A stretch of DNA of 64,000 nt from Acidobacteriota bacterium (GCA_018268785.1 JAFDVY010000004.1:24735-88734), one strand, 5' to 3'. Positions 48,375-57,104 are shown, counted from the stretch's first letter. Program-made: numbers and translations. Notes: a model not told the origin generated them from the sequence alone.

Positions 48375-48887
48375 TTATTTCTTCACAACAGCCGCGATGC
48401 AATTGATCTCGACGAGCGATTCGCCGGGAAGGCCGGCAACGGCAACCGTGGTGCGGGCCGGGCCGCCATTCGGAAAATACGTTTTGAACACGGAGTTCAT
48501 GCCGTCGTAATAGTCGAGCTTCGCGAGGAAAACGGTGAGTTGCAGAATGCTATCCATCGTGCCGCCGCCCGCTTCGATGGTCGCTTTCACGCCTTCCATC
48601 ACCATTTTGGTGTGCATTTCAATCGTGGGAGTCTTTCCCGCGTCGGATTTGTCGCCGCGGGAGTGTGCGCCTTGCCCCGCAATGTAAATCAAACCGTTGT
48701 GAATAATCAGCGGCGTGATGAAACCCTTGTCAGCTGGCTTGCCGTTGCTGTCGAGTTTCTGTATGCCGCCTTGTCCTTGTTCCGCAGTCGCGGGAGCGGC
48801 GGCAGCGAAACCGGCAATTCCCAGGCTGGGGAAAAGTGCGGCCAATTTTGCGGCGAAACCACGGCGCGTTGTGAGATTGGAAAACAT
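48375..48887 (-). CDS. RidA (YjgF/UK114) family protein with a twin-arginine signal
   Basis: MFSNLTTRRGFAAKLAALFPSLGIAGFAAAAPATA is a Tat-type signal. It is followed by the RidA fold pattern (LIYIAGQGA...TKMVMEGVKATIEAGGGTMDSILQLTVFL...PARTTVAVAGLPGESLVEINCIA). Confidence 0.85.
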   Translation of the reverse strand: MFSNLTTRRGFAAKLAALFPSLGIAGFAAAAPATAEQGQGGIQKLDSNGKPADKGFITPLIIHNGLIYIAGQGAHSRGDKSDAGKTPTIEMHTKMVMEGVKATIEAGGGTMDSILQLTVFLAKLDYYDGMNSVFKTYFPNGGPARTTVAVAGLPGESLVEINCIAAVVKK

Positions 48888-48923
48888 TTCTATCCTCCTG
48901 TTCGATTCGAGAGATTTGGATTC

Positions 48924-50573
48924 CTAGGGCAAAGCAAAACTAAAAACGTCGCTTCCCGCCGCGATGGCAAAGTACTGCTTGCCATTCACCGCGTAACTCA
49001 TGGGCGAAGCGTGAATCGGCTGACCGGTGTTGAAGTGCCAGAGCGGCTTTCCGGTTTTTGCCTCGACAGCTTCAAAGGATTCGGAGTTGTCGCCGAAGAA
49101 AACGAGGCCGGTTGCGGTGGTCATTGTGCCTGCGGAGGACCAGCGTCCGCCGCTTGCTTGCAGATATTTCCAGCGGAAAGTCGCTGTGTCGAGATCGAAC
49201 GCGAGAAGACTTTTGTAGCCGTGTTCTCCGGGAGGGCGGCGGGAACCCGTGGCGTAATACGTTTCGCCTTCCTTGAATTCCTGCGCACCGGAGAGAAGAA
49301 CAGTGCACTCTTCCTGCGACATGAAGAAAAGAGTGCGGGTTTCCGGATTGAACGAAGGGGAAAACCAGTTCGTCGCGCCGGAAAATCCGGGGCAAACCTT
49401 CATGCCCTCGGGCGTGGGGCGAGCATTGTCTTTGTCTATGATTGGGCGGCCTTTCTGGTCGATGCCTTTTGCCCAATTCAATTTTTCGGCGAAGCGCGTG
49501 GCGGAGAGAAATTCGCCCGTGGCACGATCGAGAACGTAGATAAAACCGTTTCGATTGGCCTGGACGAGCAATTTTCGCGGTTTGCCTTTGTATTCCGCGT
49601 CAACGAGGACGGGAGTTTCGGTTGCATCGTAGTCGTAAAGATCGTGCGGCGTGAATTGAAAATGCCATTTCAATTTACCGGTGTCTGGATCAAGAGCGAC
49701 TACGCTGCAAGTGTAGAGATCGTCGCCTGGGCGTCCCTCGCCGTTAAAATCGGGGGAAGCATTGCTGATGCCCCAATAAGTGGTGTTCAGCTCCGGGTCG
49801 TACGTGCCGGGCATCCACGCGGTGCCGCCTGCGTGCAGATAGCTGTCGCCGGGCCAACTCTCGGAGCCGGGTTCGCCAGGACCGGGAATCGTCCAAAAGC
49901 GCCACAAGAATTTTCCGGTGATGGCGTCATAGGCCGCGATAAATCCGCGGACACCGTCGTCGCCACCGGAGGTTCCGACCAACACTTTTCCGTTAATCAC
50001 CAGAGGGGCGCTGGTAGCGCCGTAGTTTTTGTTCCAGTCGGCGTAGGCGACATCCCAAAGAAGATTTCCGGAACGCGCGTCAAGGCAAAGCAGATGCGCG
50101 TTGTCCGTGTTCATGAAAATGCGCGTTCCCCAAATACCGACTCCGCGATTGTGATGAGCGGAAGCGTCGTCAATCAAGCCCTGCGTGATGGGGCGGGAAT
50201 AGTGCCAAATCGTGCGGCCGGTGCGCGCGTCCACGGCGTACGCATCGTTCATCGCGGTGATGAACATGACGCCGTTCACGACGACTGGAGTTACTTCGAG
50301 AGCGTCTGCGCGAGGAACATGAAAAGCCCATTGCGCGCGAAGCGATTCGACGTTGGACGGAGTGACCTGAGTGAGACTTGTGAAACGGCGGCCGGTGTAA
50401 TCGCCGTTGTAAGAGGGCCAGTTCGCGGCGACGGGAGCAGCGATGAGGTCGGAGTGTTTTATGTCAATTGTTGCGGAAACAGGAGAATCCGCCTGCGATT
50501 GCGCGCGAGCGAGCTGCGGCAATAGAAGTGAGGAGATGCCGACAAGTACCAAATTGCTGAGCCACCGGTTCAT
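48924..50573 (-). CDS. Secreted PQQ-dependent dehydrogenase (8-bladed quinoprotein, no adjacent Cys-Cys ring)
   Basis: Signal peptide. NWPSYNGDYTGRRFTSLTQVTPSNV..LRAQW is the characteristic N-terminus of the quinoprotein dehydrogenase family, with repeated W-motif blades. I find no vicinal Cys-Cys pair of the methanol/ethanol dehydrogenase type. Confidence 0.85.
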   Translation of the reverse strand: MNRWLSNLVLVGISSLLLPQLARAQSQADSPVSATIDIKHSDLIAAPVAANWPSYNGDYTGRRFTSLTQVTPSNVESLRAQWAFHVPRADALEVTPVVVNGVMFITAMNDAYAVDARTGRTIWHYSRPITQGLIDDASAHHNRGVGIWGTRIFMNTDNAHLLCLDARSGNLLWDVAYADWNKNYGATSAPLVINGKVLVGTSGGDDGVRGFIAAYDAITGKFLWRFWTIPGPGEPGSESWPGDSYLHAGGTAWMPGTYDPELNTTYWGISNASPDFNGEGRPGDDLYTCSVVALDPDTGKLKWHFQFTPHDLYDYDATETPVLVDAEYKGKPRKLLVQANRNGFIYVLDRATGEFLSATRFAEKLNWAKGIDQKGRPIIDKDNARPTPEGMKVCPGFSGATNWFSPSFNPETRTLFFMSQEECTVLLSGAQEFKEGETYYATGSRRPPGEHGYKSLLAFDLDTATFRWKYLQASGGRWSSAGTMTTATGLVFFGDNSESFEAVEAKTGKPLWHFNTGQPIHASPMSYAVNGKQYFAIAAGSDVFSFALP

Positions 50574-50634
50574 TCGCTATTCGCACTCCTGGAAAACTTG
50601 TAACGCGTGCTTCCAAAACGCAGATGAAACTCGC

Positions 50635-51504
50635 TCAGCGAAAGGTTGCGGCCATTGAAGTTCGCGTCATTGGTTGCGGTGCGCGGCTGGCAGGACGCTC
50701 TGGCACGGTTCGAGTGTGACTGGTTTCCGGCCCCTGATAGCCCAATTCGCGCGAGATGCGAAGGCCCGCTTCCTGGATGAGCGGGGCCAGCTGACGCAGG
50801 CGCGGAATGGCCATGCGAACGGCGGGAGCGGTGAGGCTGAGACTGGCGTTGACTTGGCCGGCGTGATCCCAGATGGGCGCAGCGACACAGCGAATGTGAG
50901 GTTCATGTTCTTCGAGATCGAAGGCGTGGCCCGCTTTCCGCACGCGAATCAGGTGCTGCTCGAGTTCTGGAATCGTAGCGATGGTGTTTGGGGTCAAACG
51001 CTTTGGTTCGATTTGCGGGAGGATCTTAGCGAGTTCTTCCGGGGGCATGTGAGCGAGAAGAATCTTGCCGACGGCGGTGCAATAGAGCGGAACGGAAGCG
51101 CCGATGCGGGAAAAAATTCGCAAGTGTTCCGGGGAATCGAGTTTTTCGACGTACACGGCGGTGTTGCCCTGCCGGACGGTGAGGTGAATCGTTTCGCGGG
51201 TGTGTTGATTGAGCGCCTGCAGATAAGGAAGACTGAGGCGGCGAATATCCAATTGCCCGAGAGCGGCGTGGCCGATGGAGAAACAGGCGATTCCCAGATG
51301 ATATTTTCCGTTGCCGCCGCAATCGAGGAATCCGGCTTCTTCCAGGTTCACCAGGAAGCGATGAACGGTGCTAACGGGGAGGCCGGAAAGTTTCGTGACT
51401 TCGCTTGCGGAGAGTCCGTTAGGCGTTTGTGAAAACAAACTGAGCAGGCGCAGACAGCGCTGGACGGAAGTGATTTTGTACGTTCGCTTTTGTACGGGTG
51501 ACAT
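50635..51504 (-). CDS. IclR family transcriptional regulator
   Basis: ORF trimmed to ATG 51504 (GGAGGG RBS). HTH LSASEVTKLSGLPVSTVHRFLVNLEEAGFL and a C-terminal IclR effector domain. Confidence 0.85.
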   Translation of the reverse strand: MSPVQKRTYKITSVQRCLRLLSLFSQTPNGLSASEVTKLSGLPVSTVHRFLVNLEEAGFLDCGGNGKYHLGIACFSIGHAALGQLDIRRLSLPYLQALNQHTRETIHLTVRQGNTAVYVEKLDSPEHLRIFSRIGASVPLYCTAVGKILLAHMPPEELAKILPQIEPKRLTPNTIATIPELEQHLIRVRKAGHAFDLEEHEPHIRCVAAPIWDHAGQVNASLSLTAPAVRMAIPRLRQLAPLIQEAGLRISRELGYQGPETSHTRTVPERPASRAPQPMTRTSMAATFR

Positions 51505-51525
51505 GTCGTCCCTCCAAGATCCCAA

Positions 51526-52314
51526 CTAAAGTCTTCCGAACTGTTTTACGGCTTCCTGCAACGATCTGTATTTTTCGATGAATGGATACATGGAATGTTC
51601 TTTGTTGTCCATTTCCTGAGCGAGCGCCAGAATTTCAGCCGCTTTGGCGCGGGGAACCACGACGACGCCATCCTGATCCGCGGCAACGATATCGCCGGGT
51701 TGGACTTGTACTCCGTCGCAAATCATGGAGATATTTGCGCCGCCAAACTTGTAGTGGCCAATGGAAGTGGAAGGAACTGGGCCGAGCGCGTAGACGGGAA
51801 AGCCGATGCGCTTGAGCTGGGCGACGTCGCGCACACCGCCGTCAATGATGGCCCCGGCGTATCCGCGCGCGTACATTGCGGTACCCATCAAGCCGCCCAT
51901 TCCGGCGATATCGGCGCCGCCTTCGACGGTCATTACGTAGACGGAATCTTTTGCACCGGCGTCAATTGCGGCGATCATGCCGGCCAGGGCGTTGGGATCC
52001 TTGTTGCCTTCGTCCTTTTTAAGGAGGACGGTAACTGCGTAGCCAGCAAATTTCGCGGGGAAAATAGCCTGCATGCGGTGGGACATGTAGATTTTCGAGC
52101 CGAGAATTTTCTCGGCTGCGTCGGAGACGGAAGCAACTTCCACATGGCGAAAACCATCGAGGAGAGCGTCCGGAGCCGGTTGCGCAGAGGGCGGCTGATT
52201 TTGAGCGTTGACTGGCGATTTGGCGAGGAAGGCGGCTCCTGCGAGAGCCACGATGGAAAAAGACAAAACGCTGGCAGCGAAGAGATGATGAGCGCGACGC
52301 AGAGGCTGGTTCAT
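51526..52314 (-). CDS. RraA / HMG-CHA-aldolase family protein with an N-terminal export signal or anchor
   Basis: ORF trimmed to ATG 52314. MNQPLRRAHHLFAASVLSFSIVALAGAAFLAKSPVNA, followed by the RraA fold motifs (GGLMGTAMYARGYAGAIIDGGVRDV...GFPVYALGPVP...GDIVAADQDGVVVVP). Confidence 0.8.
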   Translation of the reverse strand: MNQPLRRAHHLFAASVLSFSIVALAGAAFLAKSPVNAQNQPPSAQPAPDALLDGFRHVEVASVSDAAEKILGSKIYMSHRMQAIFPAKFAGYAVTVLLKKDEGNKDPNALAGMIAAIDAGAKDSVYVMTVEGGADIAGMGGLMGTAMYARGYAGAIIDGGVRDVAQLKRIGFPVYALGPVPSTSIGHYKFGGANISMICDGVQVQPGDIVAADQDGVVVVPRAKAAEILALAQEMDNKEHSMYPFIEKYRSLQEAVKQFGRL

Positions 52315-52358
52315 GGCTTCCCCCAGAGGAGCATTGAAAAGCACACTTTATCATTAGT

Positions 52359-52387
52359 CTAAAATCGTTTAAAAGAGAAGATTTTAG
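52359..52387. promoter_or_regulatory. 8-bp perfect inverted repeat in a divergent promoter region
   Basis: CTAAAATC-N13-GATTTTAG, 45 nt upstream of the RraA-like ATG (52314) and about 200 nt upstream of the cytochrome c gene. An operator function is inferred only. Confidence 0.25.
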
Positions 52388-52584
52388 TGGTGGAAAGGGC
52401 AATTCGATTAAGCGGCAAATTGCAGAATACGCGCAAAGCAGTGCTTCGCTGGAAGGGGCGATCCATTGGCGCTTTTAAACCGACAAGACACGAAATGGTT
52501 TGACAGGACTGTGGGCATCTGGTGTATAGACGTTGTGGATTGCGGTGAAGCTGGCTGGGCAAAGTTTTTTGGCTTTTTCACTGG

Positions 52585-53433
52585 GTGAAAATGAAATCCT
52601 TGTTGAATGAGAAGCGGCAAGTAAATTGGAAGCCGAGGCCAGCGTTATTCGTATGCGCGGCGGCCGTTGTCCTGATCTGGGCGGGCAAATCGTTTGGGCA
52701 GGGCGAGGAGCAGGCCGCCGGCAAGAAAACTTACGCTGCGAGCTGCGCGGGATGCCATGGACTGGACGGCAAAGGCGGAGAGCGCGCGCCGGACATTGCG
52801 ACGCGGCCTCAAGTGCGGCAGTTTTCCGATGCCGCGATCCTGGAGGTGCTGCAAAAGGGCGTGCCAAATACAACCATGCCAGCGTTCAGTTTTCTGGATG
52901 TGAAGACGAGAAAGGCGGTGGTGGCCTATTTGAGGACGCTGCAAGGCGCGACGACCGAGGTGAACTTGCCTGGCGACGCGCAACGGGGGCAAGAACTTTT
53001 TTTTGGCAAAGGCGGGTGTTCGAGCTGCCACATGATTCAGGGACAGGGCGGGTTTTTCGGTTCAGACCTGGGCAAGTATGCGCAGGGGCGGTCTCCGGAA
53101 GCGGTGCGCGAGGCGATTGTGGCACCGAACCGCGAGCTTGAACCGCGGCGGCGAACGATTGTGGCTACTCTGGCGAATGGAACGACGCTGGAAGGATTGG
53201 CGCGGAACGAAGATAACTTTTCGCTGCAACTTCTAACGCCGGATGGCGTTATTCATCTTTTACCGAAAAATTCTCTGGCAAAACTTTCCTATCTTGAGCG
53301 GTCGCCGATGCCCGCCGATTACGGAACGAAGCTTTCCGCGGCAGAGTTGGACGACCTTGTGAAGTATTTGTCTTCGTTTGCAAAGGAGCCAAAGAACAAT
53401 TCGAAATACGATGACGGAGAAGAAGATGAATGA
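52585..53433 (+). CDS. Dihaem c-type cytochrome
   Basis: N-terminal signal or anchor and two CxxCH motifs (CAGCHG and CSSCHM). GTG 52585 or ATG 52591 start. Confidence 0.8.
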   Translation: MKMKSLLNEKRQVNWKPRPALFVCAAAVVLIWAGKSFGQGEEQAAGKKTYAASCAGCHGLDGKGGERAPDIATRPQVRQFSDAAILEVLQKGVPNTTMPAFSFLDVKTRKAVVAYLRTLQGATTEVNLPGDAQRGQELFFGKGGCSSCHMIQGQGGFFGSDLGKYAQGRSPEAVREAIVAPNRELEPRRRTIVATLANGTTLEGLARNEDNFSLQLLTPDGVIHLLPKNSLAKLSYLERSPMPADYGTKLSAAELDDLVKYLSSFAKEPKNNSKYDDGEEDE

Positions 53434-54412
53434 ACTCGTTTTGCCGAGGCGGATGGCGTGTGCTGGAGTCTTGCTTTGTTTTGCGTGCGTTGCCGGCTCG
53501 CAAACTCCACAGCGGCAATTTGCGCTGAAGACGGAAACGCCGAAATTCCGGGAATTGATTGACGAGAAGGCGCAACTCTCCAAAGTGGCGGGAGGATTTG
53601 GATTCACGGAGGGACCAGTTTGGGACGAACGGGGATTTTTGTATGTCAGCGACGAGGAGCAAAACAAGATTTACAGAGTGACGGAAGATGGGCGGAAGGA
53701 AGAAGTGATTTCGCTGGGCGATCCGGATGGGAATGCGTATGACCGAAAGCTGCGGTTGATCGACTGCGCGAGCGTATTGCGAGCAATTATTGCGGTGACG
53801 CCTGAAGGGAAATACACGGTTCTTGCGGATAAATTTGAGGGAAAGAAATTCAACAGCCCCAATGACGTGATTACAGGGCCTGATGGGGCGCTTTATTTTA
53901 CGGACCCGACGCTCGATCTGGTGAAGGGTGAAACGCAGGAGATTCCCTATCAAGGCGTTTACCGCCTGGATGAAAAAGGAAATGTGCGGCTACTGACGAA
54001 GGAATTGACGCAGCCGAATGGGCTGGCGTTTTCTCCCGACGGAAAGAAATTTTATGTTGACGACAGCGAGCAGCGGAACATTCGCGTTTACGACGTGAAT
54101 GCGGACGGTTCGCTTTCGAACGGGCGCATTTTCGGAGCGGAGCCGGGCGGGAAGCATGACGGGGTGCCGGACGGGATGCGGGTGGACGAAGCGGGAAATA
54201 TTTTTGTGACCGGCCCGAAAGGGATCTGGGTTTGGGATGCCGAGGGGCATCACCTGGGAACGATTGAAATGCCGGAGCAGCCCGCGAATCTGATTTGGGG
54301 CGGCAAGGATTACGACACGCTTTACATTACGGCGACGACGTCCGTGTACAAATTGAGGACGAAGACGCGCGGCTTTGTGCCTTATCTGGCGAAATTACAA
54401 GGACAGAAATAA
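53426..54412 (+). CDS. SMP-30 / gluconolactonase / LRE family protein, secreted
   Basis: ORF trimmed to ATG 53426 (8-nt overlap with the cytochrome gene). Signal peptide present. FTEGPVWDE, SPNDVITGPDGALYFTDP, PNGLAFSPDGKKFYV and DGMRVDEAGNIFV are six-blade lactonase motifs. Confidence 0.85.
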   Translation: MNELVLPRRMACAGVLLCFACVAGSQTPQRQFALKTETPKFRELIDEKAQLSKVAGGFGFTEGPVWDERGFLYVSDEEQNKIYRVTEDGRKEEVISLGDPDGNAYDRKLRLIDCASVLRAIIAVTPEGKYTVLADKFEGKKFNSPNDVITGPDGALYFTDPTLDLVKGETQEIPYQGVYRLDEKGNVRLLTKELTQPNGLAFSPDGKKFYVDDSEQRNIRVYDVNADGSLSNGRIFGAEPGGKHDGVPDGMRVDEAGNIFVTGPKGIWVWDAEGHHLGTIEMPEQPANLIWGGKDYDTLYITATTSVYKLRTKTRGFVPYLAKLQGQK

Positions 54413-54539
54413 AAGTTATCCAAGCAATTTCATAAATAGCCAAGGAACGAACAAGCGCCCTTTTTCAGTGGCTAAAGCCGCATTTTCCGCGTCACTGCGC
54501 GGGGGCTGAAGCCCCACCTCCTAAACAGCAATTGTGTTG

Positions 54540-55775
54540 TTATTGTTTCGGCTGGGTGCGGACTGCGATGAGCGACATTTGCTCAAGGTCCGGATACTGC
54601 TCGTCTTCGTTCGGTTTGCGATCGCTCGCCGGGGCGATTTGCTGGACATTGACGCGAGCGGGGGGAATCGCGGCGAAATATTTGCGGTAGACCCTTTCGA
54701 ATTGAGGAGCGTCGGAGAGATCGTCGAGATAAACAGTTGTGAAGACAACTTGATCGAACCTCATGCCGGCTTCTTCGAGATTATCGAGCTGGTTGCGCAT
54801 GGTTTGGTGGGTCTGGCTTGAAGTGGTTGCAGCGTAGACGCCGTCATAGGGACCCGGGATGAAGCCGCTTTTTGCCGAGCAGTAGAGAGTGTCTCCAGCA
54901 AAGACGCAGGGACTTGCGGTCGGGCTTGGCGGCATGTTTTTGGGGCGAATCGCGTGGCGCCGGCTAAGATCGCGCACGGCGACGCCGGTATAGGCGATGC
55001 GAACGCCGCCGGGAAGGCTTGAGACCTGAATGGTGGCGCGACCTGGGGTGTTGCCGAATTCGAAGCGCCTGGCGTATTCCACATTCATAGTGTGCATGGG
55101 GATTTCGTGAGTGAGGTAAGGATTCACGAAGACCATATTGGCGAGCTTGAGGCCTGCGCTTTCGACCACGGATTTCAATCTGTCGAGAGCGAAATTGACC
55201 TGAGCGCCGGGATCGTCTGGAATTTTTCCGGTGGCGGGATCTTTTCCCTGTGCGGCAGAGACGAAGAGGCGATCGTGCGTAAGGACGGCGGGGGCGTAGC
55301 CCTTTTCGAAGTTTTCACCGGGGACATAGACCGGTTTGAGACCAGTAAGGTCCTGCACGGCGACTGCGGTGATTTCGAGGGGCGGCTCAGGCACGCGAGC
55401 CACACCGAGAATGGCGCGTGCCGGAGATGAATTTGAAAAATATTCGGCGAACACTTTGTCCACTTGGCCGGAGGCGCGAATGTCTTCGAGATAGACCTGA
55501 AGATAGACGACGTGATCGAGTGTGAGACCAGCGGCTTCGACGACGGCTTTGACGTTGTCGAGGGCCTGACGAATTTGTGCCGGAGTATCGGGCGGCAGAG
55601 TTCCATCGGTGCGTCGGGGGCCCTGGCCGGAGATGTAAAGATAACCGTCGGCGAGAATGCCCGGGGAATTCAGATTGTTCGCGGACGAGGGCAGGTTCTT
55701 CGGCGAAACGGCTTTGATTTGGGCTGTGGCGTTTGAGGCGCAGATCAAGAGCAATACTGTTGCGAGCGACTTCAT
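54540..55775 (-). CDS. Secreted protein made of three tandem RidA (YjgF) domains
   Basis: ORF 54540..56012 trimmed to ATG 55775 (ATGA overlap with the upstream stop). Signal MKSLATVLLLICASNATAQ. Three RidA-like modules of about 125 aa, beginning at GYLYISGQG..., DRLFVSAAQG... and DTLYCSAKSG..., each ending in a ...I(T/Y/L)(A/G/I)VAV strand. Confidence 0.8.
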   Translation of the reverse strand: MKSLATVLLLICASNATAQIKAVSPKNLPSSANNLNSPGILADGYLYISGQGPRRTDGTLPPDTPAQIRQALDNVKAVVEAAGLTLDHVVYLQVYLEDIRASGQVDKVFAEYFSNSSPARAILGVARVPEPPLEITAVAVQDLTGLKPVYVPGENFEKGYAPAVLTHDRLFVSAAQGKDPATGKIPDDPGAQVNFALDRLKSVVESAGLKLANMVFVNPYLTHEIPMHTMNVEYARRFEFGNTPGRATIQVSSLPGGVRIAYTGVAVRDLSRRHAIRPKNMPPSPTASPCVFAGDTLYCSAKSGFIPGPYDGVYAATTSSQTHQTMRNQLDNLEEAGMRFDQVVFTTVYLDDLSDAPQFERVYRKYFAAIPPARVNVQQIAPASDRKPNEDEQYPDLEQMSLIAVRTQPKQ

Positions 55776-57073
55776 ACGGCCTTCCCTTTGCGGGCAGCAC
55801 TCAAGAGTTCTCGCAATCTCTGGCCGACGATCATTTCCTCGCCGTCCTGAATCGTCATGGAAACGAGTTCGATGTGGTCGACGCGCGGCGGGCGCTCTTT
55901 GCGCGTGGGCTTCGCTTTCTGGATGCCTTCGTGGACGGCGGGAACGAGGCTTGGGTTGTCCGCGCCAAGAACTTCGATGACTGGGGCGCCGGCGCGCAAC
56001 TGATCGACGCAATCCTGAATCGAGTAACCCCAGGCGTCCTGATCCCAGGAAACTTTTAGCGTGGGATAGCGATTGCCATCTTCGGGAATATAGACACTCG
56101 TGGTTACGCCGGGAACGGTTTCCACGAGCTTTGCGATGCGATCAATGCGGGCGTTCCATTCGTCGTAGAGTTTTTTGGGATCGATCTTGAGCCAGGTTTC
56201 GACTGCGGCGATGCAACCGACGATTTCTTCCTTGCCGACTTTCATAGGCCGGCAGACGGCGCCTTCCCACGGAGCAGAGTTGCGCATGCCGGCTTCGATC
56301 AAATCCTTTCTGCCCAAGAGCACGCCACTGCATTGCGGCCCCTGCAAACCTTTGCCGCCGGAGAACGTATAGAGATCGATTTTCATTTGGGCGTAGAGTC
56401 TGAGATTTTCTGCGGGCGGAATTCCGGCGGCGTCATCGAGCAGCATGGGGATGTTGCGGGATTTTGCGATGGCGAGTTGCTTCGCCAGTTTATCGCCGAG
56501 GTCGGTGGTATAGATCATGGCCGTTTTGCCGTTGATAGCGCTGGCAATTTCTTCGGGAGTTTCCACGAGAATCAGTTTGGCGCCGGTGAGGCGAATGGCG
56601 CTGTCAAACGCGCTGCGGCCACCAACCATGATGACTTCGTGTTTCATGCCGGTGGTGTCCGGCAGTTGCCAGATCTTTGCCGGGTCCGTGCCCGCCATGC
56701 AGGCCGCGGCCGCGGTGGACATCGAACCGGCAGCGCCCGAAGTGACCATGCCGGATTCTGCGCCAGTGAGTTCGGCTAACCTGCGACCCGCGGCATGCTG
56801 CAGGTCGACCATATTGACGAAATGGCGCGACGCCTCGACTTGAGCCGCGCGAACTTCCGGAAATTGGAGCGAGCCGCTGAGATACGTCCAGGTGCCGCGG
56901 CAATTGATGACCGTTTTTACTCCAAGCTTTGTGTACACATTTTCATCCGTGGGCAAGCCGACGGCAGCGGCGGACTTCGCGTACAGATTCTGCGCGGCGA
57001 TTTGCGCAAGCAGCGGCGAAGCTGCGAGATATTTCATAAAGCTGCGACGGTTCGATCCTTGCGAGCGAGACAT
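55772..57073 (-). CDS. Tat-exported SelA-family (fold-type I) PLP-dependent enzyme
   Basis: ORF 55772..57091 trimmed to ATG 57073 (GGAGGA 4 nt upstream). Twin-arginine signal MSRSQGSNRRSFMKYLAASPLLA. The PLP-lysine context FSGGKGLQGPQCSGVLLGRKDLI parallels SelA FSGDKLLGGPQAG. Confidence 0.8.
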   Translation of the reverse strand: MSRSQGSNRRSFMKYLAASPLLAQIAAQNLYAKSAAAVGLPTDENVYTKLGVKTVINCRGTWTYLSGSLQFPEVRAAQVEASRHFVNMVDLQHAAGRRLAELTGAESGMVTSGAAGSMSTAAAACMAGTDPAKIWQLPDTTGMKHEVIMVGGRSAFDSAIRLTGAKLILVETPEEIASAINGKTAMIYTTDLGDKLAKQLAIAKSRNIPMLLDDAAGIPPAENLRLYAQMKIDLYTFSGGKGLQGPQCSGVLLGRKDLIEAGMRNSAPWEGAVCRPMKVGKEEIVGCIAAVETWLKIDPKKLYDEWNARIDRIAKLVETVPGVTTSVYIPEDGNRYPTLKVSWDQDAWGYSIQDCVDQLRAGAPVIEVLGADNPSLVPAVHEGIQKAKPTRKERPPRVDHIELVSMTIQDGEEMIVGQRLRELLSAARKGKAV

Positions 57074-57104
57074 GCGTTCCTCCGTTTTCACCTTGCTTTG
57101 AAAT

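Noticed and set aside
46809-50525. A 1238-codon plus-strand ORF, the longest in the track together with the TBDR.
   Set aside because: It is the codon-aligned antisense frame of three well-supported minus-strand genes (MFS, Tat-RidA, PQQ dehydrogenase). Those genes happen to share one reading-frame phase, with intergenic gaps of 12 and 36 nt. In this alignment, antisense stops require the sense codons TTA, CTA or TCA, which these genes avoid. The translated product is Arg/Gly/Ala-rich with no family signature, and its 5' end reads through the 120-bp repeat. The same-phase arrangement is a curiosity, not a gene.
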